Positions 17,539-24,990 of a stretch of 64,000 bases of DNA are shown one piece after another. The stretch covers positions 1 through 64,000 of the IMG/VR virus record IMGVR_UViG_3300025096_002738. One strand, given 5' to 3'. The notes under the pieces were generated by a model. It had not been told where the DNA came from. It worked only from the letters and a program-made list of their open reading frames with translations, and ran no database searches. The position numbers and the translations under genes are program-made. This DNA is from a virus. Every line of letters begins with the position of its first letter. The first letter of the stretch is position 1.

Positions 17539-18167
17539 AACTCTTAATTGAAAATTGGCGAGAGTATTTAGACGAAATGGTGTCAGATGGCAGAGGGCTT
17601 GCACATCACGGACAGTTCAAGGGCTTAATTGAAAGAGATGTGAATATACCAAAAATGGTAGGCTACCATGTGACCAGAGCGGTGTTTGATCAGTTTGATA
17701 ATAGCAGATTAGGAAGCAATACCGATATGGGTAAAGCCGGCCAAGATAAATATAACTTAGACAGCTATCTCGGACATATGTTCGTTCCAGATTATCAGCA
17801 ATTAGGACCGCACAAAGACAAGCTTGTGGGAGATGGAAATACCCCTTATATGTATTCTGTCACATTAACGCCCGGTAAGGTAGCCGTGTTGAACATTAAA
17901 CGATTTAAAAAATGGTTCAGCGCTGATGCGAAGCACTCAAGACAAAATCTTAAGGAATTTGGAAAATGGCTGAAGCAAAATGGATACGGTGGCTTGCATT
18001 ACTCAGATCCGACGATGAAAGGCAGACTTATGGCTGACACAATACAAATATTTGATGCTGGTGATACCAAGATCAGAAGTATCTGGAACATGGATACAGA
18101 CGTAAGATTCCGAGCCAAAGATTTACAAGGTCAATCATTTGCAGATGCTTTTGGGGCTAACCAATGA
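17535..18167 (+). CDS. ADP-ribosyltransferase-like (polyvalent-protein ART type) protein with shared leader
   Basis: GYHVT..FDQFD...GSNTD...GHMF...LKQNGYGGL...IQIFD; leader MKLLIENWREYLDE. Confidence 0.55.
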   Translation: MKLLIENWREYLDEMVSDGRGLAHHGQFKGLIERDVNIPKMVGYHVTRAVFDQFDNSRLGSNTDMGKAGQDKYNLDSYLGHMFVPDYQQLGPHKDKLVGDGNTPYMYSVTLTPGKVAVLNIKRFKKWFSADAKHSRQNLKEFGKWLKQNGYGGLHYSDPTMKGRLMADTIQIFDAGDTKIRSIWNMDTDVRFRAKDLQGQSFADAFGANQ

Positions 18168-18793
18168 AACTCCTACTTGAAAATTGGCGAGAGTTTGTAA
18201 ACGAAAAGAAATGGGAAGATTATGAGATCGACAAAAATACTTGGACCGAATTCTCTCCTGATGAAATAGAAGCCTCTCGTGATCCTATTGAGGTGGATCT
18301 TCCAGAGGAATTTATAGCCTTAATTAACAAGGCTTATGAAAAAATTGGAGGAAACTTTGATTTTGGGGCCCCCGAAGACGTTCCCGGTGATGCTGATATT
18401 TGGGCGGCAATCGATATTGATGATGACCCCGAGCCCGACGCTCTTAGAATCGGAAAAACAAAACCGCACGGTGTTAAGCTCTCTGCTTCGGGGCACGACG
18501 GCACTCGCCCAGGAATCAATGCTTACATACAAAAAACAGCCGATTTGTTAAATAGTCCCGGCTATTACGCAGAAATGTCTAAAGGGATTGCCCACGTTAT
18601 GTTAAAATATCATAATGTTTCTTATGTTGATGATCCTGAAAAAGTACAGAAGATTTTAGGACCATCAAAACTAATTAAATGGCTTGGACCTCACCCTGAA
18701 GGAAAATATCCTGGTATTGATGGATGGTACACCCGCACTATCTCAGGGCACGAGGATGAATTAAAGATTATGTTAGGAGAGCCAAACGCATGA
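18164..18793 (+). CDS. hypothetical protein with shared leader
   Basis: MKLLLENWREFVNE; 209 aa. Confidence 0.8.
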   Translation: MKLLLENWREFVNEKKWEDYEIDKNTWTEFSPDEIEASRDPIEVDLPEEFIALINKAYEKIGGNFDFGAPEDVPGDADIWAAIDIDDDPEPDALRIGKTKPHGVKLSASGHDGTRPGINAYIQKTADLLNSPGYYAEMSKGIAHVMLKYHNVSYVDDPEKVQKILGPSKLIKWLGPHPEGKYPGIDGWYTRTISGHEDELKIMLGEPNA

Positions 18794-21594
18794 AAGATTG
18801 GCTTCAAGATTGGAATAAATTTCTAAACGAAGAGAAACAAGTTGTTTCAACGCGAGAAGAACTAGTTGATCTATTGCGAGATAATCCTGACCAAAAAAGA
18901 AAGCTGGATATGCGCAAGGGAGAAGGACACAAGTCTTTTGGCGGTGTCTTCAATCCGCCAATACAGGTTGAGTTCGATTATGGAGAGTTTCCAGAGTTGA
19001 TCAATCCTGCCGACGGCATGGGTTGGGATATAATTCTTGCTGACAACTCTAATATAGATGACGATAATCTATTGCCAGTTGGGCACTTTGGTTACATTCA
19101 AGATAAAGATCTATGGAATAACCATGGTGTATACGATATGCCAGAAAAGGTGGGCGGAAACTCTAAGATTGTTTTGTCAAAAGATGGCAATATTAGTGGC
19201 GCCGAAAAAGATCATCTTACAAAATTCTTCGAAGATATGTGGCAGTTTGAAAAGCCGGAATGGTATACTGTTGAAGAAGAGCGTATTCTTCGAGAAGTTA
19301 CCGAAGACGAGCTACGAGTAGTTGAAGATATCTTAGATAAAATGGCTGAGGATCCAAAATGGCTGCCATTTAATGATATATTTGGCGACAAAACTCGGTT
19401 AGTCATTAACTTTCCAACTATGGATAGACATTCTGAACTTGGTAGATTTGCTGATGTGATACAGAATCAGCTTGGACTATCTGTAGACTGGAACAAAGGT
19501 ACTGTTTCCGCTGATAGACGATGGAATGACCACGTCGGTGCAACAGAACGCATCGCAAACAGGCTTGTCGGAGGGAATGCCAATGAACAAGATAGTGGAG
19601 TAATAGAAAGAAGCTTTACCATGAAAATTGGTAAGTATTTTGCTAGATTAGAAAATCTTTTAAAGAAACTTTATGATACAAAACACGCGGTGAGATCGAA
19701 CAGATTCGTGCACATGCAGTCGCTTTCTTCAAGGATGGTAATAGATGCTATAGGCGAAGATGGAAATAAGCGATATGACCAACTTTTGAATCAATTAGAA
19801 TTGTATCTAGGAGGATCTGGAGGGAAAGCTAATAAGCACTGGTCGTCTAAAGATAGAGAAGAAGGAGATCCTGTTTCGGAATTCCCGGAATTTGCCGACT
19901 ATTGGCAAAAAAATGCCGCTTATATTAAGCAAAATCTGAGTTCTCTTAACAGCGATAAGTATTCAATAATCATTACTCGACACCCAATTGATGTTCTTCG
20001 AATGAGTGATTATGAAAATATTACATCTTGTCATTCTCCTCCAAGCCAAGAAAAAGTTGGGCAAAGTTACTATAAATGCGCGGCAGCAGAAGCTCAGGGC
20101 CATGGGGCAATTGCATATGTTATAGAAACAGAAGAACTACTTTCTGAAACAAACACAGGTAATATTGAAAGCGCCGAGCAGGAAATTCAAGAAGGCGAAA
20201 TATTTTACGACGATCAGAGGCCCCAAGATACGGGAGATATAAGACCAGTTTCGCGAGTTCGGGTACGGAAGCTAATGTACTCTGAAGATGATGAGACTGG
20301 CGGCCAAGATTTTGCGTTACCTGAAAAGCGTATTTACGGCGCCGGCATTCCTGGCATAGCCGATCGGGTTCGCGAGTGGGGTAGACAAACACAAGAAGCA
20401 AAGATTGAGAATCTGCCAACAAAAGATGGCAAAATTAATCTCAACGATTTCCAGATATACGGCGGATCTTATGAAGACACTGCCGGGTGGGTGGGTCGTG
20501 AAGAGTTGATGTTGCTTCTTTTGCAAAAACCAAGCAACGATTTTACTGGCAGGATTAGCCAAAACATAGAAACTGAAGATGATTTAGATGCTGAGCTTCT
20601 TGGTGACCCAGCCGGAATGTATGAAAATGAGTGCCGGCTGATTGCAGCGGAATGGAACAATAGATATGCTAGTGTTAGTGTTGGTTACCAAGTAGAAGGT
20701 GATGGAGCCGATGGTGTTTATATTGGAGCAGAAGCTACGATACACATTAAATGGGACGCTGACGAATGGACTAGCCTTCCCAATACTTGGGACAGAATTG
20801 TAAGTTATAGCGCCGATGAGTTAAATGGCTTGTTTGGAGATCTTTTTCTAGACCGGGCCCGCTTGTATCGTTCGGGGCAGGAAATTAAATGGGAATGTTC
20901 GCTTAATCTTGAGCACCCAGATTTCGGTGGACAATCTTATATGGTAATACCATACGAGTTTAATGAGATGTGTGAGGTCGTCGATGTAAACGCTGACGAT
21001 AGACGGGATGCTTTTAAGGAATATCTTACCGAATACTTTAGACGCGAAGGATTTATACAAGGCGCCCAATATGTGCAACTTGCTATGTCGATTGAAGATG
21101 GAGGGGGTGACCACCTAGAGTGGGATGTAGAAACCGACGGTGAGTATACAAGTTCATATGTGTCGTATGCTTCTGTTAGTTTTTATTATGATCCAGAAGA
21201 ATGGAAAATAGATCCGAGAGTATTACTTCAAATATTAGATTCGCGCGATTTTAAAATATTATTAAGAAATAATATGCTAGCGGGCCCTAGAAGACAAATA
21301 TCTACTGATTATTATCTTGATATTTCAAGCGCCGGCGCCGTTGATGTCGGAGGCGAACTTAAATATACAATCCAGTTTAAGATCACACTTGATGATCCAG
21401 ACGAAAGAGTAGAGTTATTTAAAGAACTCGTCACCGGTGATATGGATGATGAAGACGAAATAACACGAGTATTTAACAAAACTCTTGCTCAAATAAAATA
21501 CGAAATGAGCCATGGCACTGCGTGGGGATCAGACCTCGACGATATTCAAGAAAGCATGCAGCGGCGATGGACAAGATTCCTGCTGGATGTATGA
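18790..21594 (+). CDS. large acidic multidomain protein; N-terminal inorganic pyrophosphatase-like domain; divergent leader
   Basis: MKDWLQDWNKFLNE; DYGEFPELINPADGMGWDI resembles the PPase YG..P....DGD..D motif; central IITRHPIDVLRMSD...SCH. Confidence 0.7.
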   Translation: MKDWLQDWNKFLNEEKQVVSTREELVDLLRDNPDQKRKLDMRKGEGHKSFGGVFNPPIQVEFDYGEFPELINPADGMGWDIILADNSNIDDDNLLPVGHFGYIQDKDLWNNHGVYDMPEKVGGNSKIVLSKDGNISGAEKDHLTKFFEDMWQFEKPEWYTVEEERILREVTEDELRVVEDILDKMAEDPKWLPFNDIFGDKTRLVINFPTMDRHSELGRFADVIQNQLGLSVDWNKGTVSADRRWNDHVGATERIANRLVGGNANEQDSGVIERSFTMKIGKYFARLENLLKKLYDTKHAVRSNRFVHMQSLSSRMVIDAIGEDGNKRYDQLLNQLELYLGGSGGKANKHWSSKDREEGDPVSEFPEFADYWQKNAAYIKQNLSSLNSDKYSIIITRHPIDVLRMSDYENITSCHSPPSQEKVGQSYYKCAAAEAQGHGAIAYVIETEELLSETNTGNIESAEQEIQEGEIFYDDQRPQDTGDIRPVSRVRVRKLMYSEDDETGGQDFALPEKRIYGAGIPGIADRVREWGRQTQEAKIENLPTKDGKINLNDFQIYGGSYEDTAGWVGREELMLLLLQKPSNDFTGRISQNIETEDDLDAELLGDPAGMYENECRLIAAEWNNRYASVSVGYQVEGDGADGVYIGAEATIHIKWDADEWTSLPNTWDRIVSYSADELNGLFGDLFLDRARLYRSGQEIKWECSLNLEHPDFGGQSYMVIPYEFNEMCEVVDVNADDRRDAFKEYLTEYFRREGFIQGAQYVQLAMSIEDGGGDHLEWDVETDGEYTSSYVSYASVSFYYDPEEWKIDPRVLLQILDSRDFKILLRNNMLAGPRRQISTDYYLDISSAGAVDVGGELKYTIQFKITLDDPDERVELFKELVTGDMDDEDEITRVFNKTLAQIKYEMSHGTAWGSDLDDIQESMQRRWTRFLLDV

Positions 21595-21919
21595 ATACAA
21601 CGCGAAATTAGACAGAATCATTGATGGTGACACGGTAGACGCCCTCATTGATCTAGGTTTTGATATTTGGATCAAAAAGCGTATTCGTCTATACGGCATA
21701 GATGCCCCTGAGACACGCACAAGAGACTTAGAGGAGAAGAGCCTAGGGTTCGCTGCCAAGGAGCGCTTAGAAGAGCTTCTAGAGGCTTCTGGGGGGCTGT
21801 TTGTACTCTCTTCTGCTGGTGTTGGCAAGTATGGCAGGTGTCTTGGGACAATCTTTATCGATAACAAAAACATAAATGAACTTTTAATTTCGGAAGGCCA
21901 CGCGTCGATATACGAGTAA
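21587..21919 (+). CDS. thermonuclease (SNase-like)
   Basis: RIIDGDT...RIRLYGIDAPE...GKYGRCL...NELLISEGHA. Confidence 0.92.
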   Translation: MYEYNAKLDRIIDGDTVDALIDLGFDIWIKKRIRLYGIDAPETRTRDLEEKSLGFAAKERLEELLEASGGLFVLSSAGVGKYGRCLGTIFIDNKNINELLISEGHASIYE

Positions 21920-22035
21920 GAAATAGGTTATTTTATTACTTCTATAACAAATATAAAAGATACGTGACCGGGGAGTGTTCTGTAACACTTTTAAATGCAG
22001 CAAGAGCCTAGTTATGTCTGTAAGAGGAGATAGAA

Positions 22036-22362
22036 ATGTCGCAAGATCAGCCGGGTTGGGGAGAATATTCCAGATTAGTCCTACAGCAACTTGAAACTTT
22101 GTCTTCAGGGATCGAGTCATTACGCACAGAACTTCAAGATATGAAAGGCCAGCTTACTGAGCTTAAAGCTAAAGAAGATCGTGTACAAGACTTGAAAGCT
22201 TGGAAAGAAAAGATGGACGAAGTTGCTTCCCCCACGCAGCTAAAAGAACTTGTGGCTCATGTAGAGGAACTTAAGACCTTCAAGACCAAAGCTGTGACTA
22301 TATTTATGGTTGTTCAGTTTGGAATGGGTGTCGCCATGGCTCTTTTATCATATTTTAAATAA
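22036..22362 (+). CDS. coiled-coil protein with C-terminal transmembrane helix
   Basis: GAGGAG RBS; heptad region followed by AVTIFMVVQFGMGVAMALL. Confidence 0.75.
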   Translation: MSQDQPGWGEYSRLVLQQLETLSSGIESLRTELQDMKGQLTELKAKEDRVQDLKAWKEKMDEVASPTQLKELVAHVEELKTFKTKAVTIFMVVQFGMGVAMALLSYFK

Positions 22363-22382
22363 CCCGTATCTCACATATTTCG

Positions 22383-22676
22383 ATGTCATCAAACAATAAA
22401 CCCACTGTTGAACAGGTTTTGAAAGTATTGATGAGACAATTAACAGGAAAACTAACTGAATCAGATTCTGTTGTTCCGCAAATAATCATTAAAGGCGAAG
22501 GAAATATTTGGGCCTGGGATCCGTATAATAAAAAGTTAATTTGCGTAGAAAGAGGAACCATCGGCTATATTCTTATGGAAAAACACAATTTAGAAAATAA
22601 AACATTAATTTATTGCTCGGGTGGTGATATAATCTGTATAGACCCCGACGAGATCGAGCCAATTGGTTTAAATTAA
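22383..22676 (+). CDS. hypothetical protein
   Basis: 97 aa ORF in operon. Confidence 0.6.
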   Translation: MSSNNKPTVEQVLKVLMRQLTGKLTESDSVVPQIIIKGEGNIWAWDPYNKKLICVERGTIGYILMEKHNLENKTLIYCSGGDIICIDPDEIEPIGLN

Positions 22677-22831
22677 TGTTTTATGCGTTTAATTCATTCT
22701 GGTATGGAGTGACAGCTTTATGTGCGACATGGATGTTTTATAGTTTGTTCGACTATGAAGCCTGTGTTGTTACACTATTAACCCTAATATTTTTACAAAC
22801 TAAAAGGAAAGATGAAAATACAAGTAATTAA
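22676..22831 (+). CDS. small membrane protein (51 aa)
   Basis: TAATG overlap; MFYAFNSFWYGVTALCATWMFYSLF...VVTLLTLIFL. Confidence 0.5.
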   Translation: MFYAFNSFWYGVTALCATWMFYSLFDYEACVVTLLTLIFLQTKRKDENTSN

Positions 22832-22947
22832 TTATAGAACAGGCGCCGTGAAAGTGTTTGATTCAGAAGAGGAAGAAATTCAGCCGTTTATTTACAAAGA
22901 GCGTTATTATAAGTCAGGAAGAGTGCATAAGCCTACTTATAGACAGG

Positions 22948-23163
22948 ATGGAAGGGAAAAAAACAAGCCATAAGAAAAGAAGGTACCTTTCTCAAAGACT
23001 TCAAGATGAAAAAGGACCTATCTTTCTAGTCTTTATTCACACCCCTGAAAGATATTTTACGAAATCGGAGGGGCCATTTAAAGATCAAACAAAAGCTTTT
23101 GAGGTGATGGCCGAGCATTTGCGCCGTGGCCATATTTCATGGATTGTCTCATACGATGCATAA
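22948..23163 (+). CDS. hypothetical protein
   Basis: In-frame ATG 22948 within the track ORF 22858..23163. Confidence 0.5.
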   Translation: MEGKKTSHKKRRYLSQRLQDEKGPIFLVFIHTPERYFTKSEGPFKDQTKAFEVMAEHLRRGHISWIVSYDA

Positions 23164-23410
23164 AAAAGATGATTTTGGCTCGATAGTCGAAAAAGACTTC
23201 AGAGTAGGAGATATTGTAGAGTGGTCTACATTTAATGCTATAGAATCTGAATGGACGACCCATTACGGAATTATTACCACTATTTGTAAAGAGATTGAGT
23301 CAGAAAGATTAGTATCTGTTTCCAAAGTGTTGCCACTTAATGGCCCACAAGTAGAAATTAAGTTTTTCACAGCCAGTTTAAGATTGGTTTCAGAAAGAAA
23401 GGGGTCGTAA
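23156..23410 (+). CDS. small SH3/KOW-like protein
   Basis: FRVGDIVEW...YGIITTI...KVLP...LRLVS. Confidence 0.7.
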   Translation: MHKKDDFGSIVEKDFRVGDIVEWSTFNAIESEWTTHYGIITTICKEIESERLVSVSKVLPLNGPQVEIKFFTASLRLVSERKGS

Positions 23411-23417
23411 GAAGCCA

Positions 23418-23762
23418 ATGAGTTCTAAAATAGATCATGTAGCATTATTAGTAGATGATTTGGAAATAGCCGAGACTTGGTATTTAGAAAATCTAGATGC
23501 TGTAGTTGAATTTAAGGATCAATATTATACCAGACTTCGTTTACATCATACCTGTATTGCTTTAATAGACAGGACACACTACCCACGAGAACATATAGGA
23601 ATTTTGATAGAAAATATCGAAGATTTGCCCACTGAGCGAGGAGAAGTAGTGAAACATCGCGATGGGACCATAGGAGTTTATGTAAAAGACCCTTTTGGTA
23701 ACTATTTAGAGTATATTTGGTATTCTGACAACCAAAAGAAGGTTTTTTTGAAAGATGGCTGA
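23418..23762 (+). CDS. VOC/glyoxalase family protein
   Basis: IDHVALLVDDLE.A..WY...HIG...YVKDPFGNYLE. Confidence 0.88.
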   Translation: MSSKIDHVALLVDDLEIAETWYLENLDAVVEFKDQYYTRLRLHHTCIALIDRTHYPREHIGILIENIEDLPTERGEVVKHRDGTIGVYVKDPFGNYLEYIWYSDNQKKVFLKDG

Positions 23763-24738
23763 TATTGATTCTTTAATGCCGCTGATTAAACACTTTATGC
23801 CCTTTGCTCAAGAGCGAATGGGGTTTAAAGAGCCACCGCGCTTGTTTCTTAAAGGAGACACAGATAATGCGTCCGATCCTCTAGGACGGACAGCTTTCTA
23901 TGATCCTGCCGAACGCGCGGTGACAGTGTATATCACCAGTCGTCACCCAAAAGACATTCTAAGGTCCATATCTCATGAGCTTGTTCACCACACTCAAAAC
24001 TGTAATGGTGATTTTAGCGATGCTGGTGAGATGGGTGAGGGGTATGCACAAAGCAACCCTCACATGAGAGAAATGGAGCGTCAAGCATACGAAATGGGGA
24101 ATATGTGTTTCCGAGATTGGGAAGACACAATAAAACAGACTATTTATCATGAGCATCTAAATAAAGGAGATTATACGATGTCAACTAAAGATTGGAAAAA
24201 CAAGGAGATGAAAAGTCTTCTCTCAGAGGCATGGGGGTTCAAAATGGACCTCAATAGAATAAACGAGGTGTCCGACAACGAAGATGTCATGGATGCAAAG
24301 GAGGAAACCGAAGGTGATGCCGTCGATGCTGAAGAAGAAGCGGCACTTGAAGAAGATTCTGCGGCTAAACACAGAACGGCCGGGAATACCATCGACGAGG
24401 AAAGCGATGCTGAAATCGAAGAATGTGGTGAAATGCCAGAAGAAGGCGAGATTGTCGTAATGGGAGATGAAGAGTCTGGTGTCGAAGTTGGCGCGGAAGA
24501 TCCTGCCGAGCGTGTAGGCGCACTGATGGATGAACTTAAGGGATTACTGATGCAACTCGCTGGTGGTGGTGAGAGTGCGGCCATGGCAGATGAAGACCCT
24601 ATGGAAGAAGGCGGAAGCGGTCGCAAAGACCCAGTACGCAAGCGCCCAGGCCGCGATTCTGATGATAGAACACGACCTATGCAAGAAGAGAAAATGCGTG
24701 CGATGGTGCGCAAGGCAATTAAGGAAGCGATGAAATAA
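23755..24738 (+). CDS. zincin-domain protein fused to an acidic scaffold-like region
   Basis: RSISHELVHH...EREAY-like MERQAY; highly acidic C-terminal half; internal RBS and ATG at 24178. Confidence 0.75.
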   Translation: MADIDSLMPLIKHFMPFAQERMGFKEPPRLFLKGDTDNASDPLGRTAFYDPAERAVTVYITSRHPKDILRSISHELVHHTQNCNGDFSDAGEMGEGYAQSNPHMREMERQAYEMGNMCFRDWEDTIKQTIYHEHLNKGDYTMSTKDWKNKEMKSLLSEAWGFKMDLNRINEVSDNEDVMDAKEETEGDAVDAEEEAALEEDSAAKHRTAGNTIDEESDAEIEECGEMPEEGEIVVMGDEESGVEVGAEDPAERVGALMDELKGLLMQLAGGGESAAMADEDPMEEGGSGRKDPVRKRPGRDSDDRTRPMQEEKMRAMVRKAIKEAMK

Positions 24739-24990
24739 ATGTCTGCTGACTCCAATTGGAGTGACTTCTTGCAGGAAGGAATAACTGAAAAGACTATTTT
24801 CACTTATATTCAAGGACTACAAGAGGTTATCAACAACCTCCAACCTAAAACCCTTAAAGAAAAGAACCGTCTAACGCTTGCAAAACAACACTTGCGAGAA
24901 ATTAGACGGCAAGCTCGACGTATGCTCAACGAAAATGTTGAATTGCAAGAAAAGCTGACGTTACTAGAAGAAAACAAAGGAGGTGAGTAA
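24739..24990 (+). CDS. small coiled-coil protein
   Basis: N-terminal NWSDFLQE, similar to the shared leader. Confidence 0.7.
   Translation: MSADSNWSDFLQEGITEKTIFTYIQGLQEVINNLQPKTLKEKNRLTLAKQHLREIRRQARRMLNENVELQEKLTLLEENKGGE

Larger units (their letters stand above)
14183..18196 (+). repeat. dispersed ~26-36 bp gene-start repeat ATGAAACTCCTACTTGAAAATTGGCGAGAGTAT (8 copies)
   Basis: Copies at 14183, 14728, 15098, 16243, 16494, 16991, 17535 and 18164; the 14728 and 15098 copies are identical over 36 nt. Confidence 0.95.

Noticed and set aside
14728-18196. Repeats as a CRISPR array or integron attC sites
   Set aside because: The repeats are coding gene starts 250-1150 bp apart, are not palindromic, and no cas1 or integrase is present.
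24171-24803. 210 aa Ser-rich minus-strand ORF (also 26811-27254)
   Set aside because: Mirror of Glu/Asp-rich plus-strand coding (GAA/GAT read as TTC/ATC/TCx).
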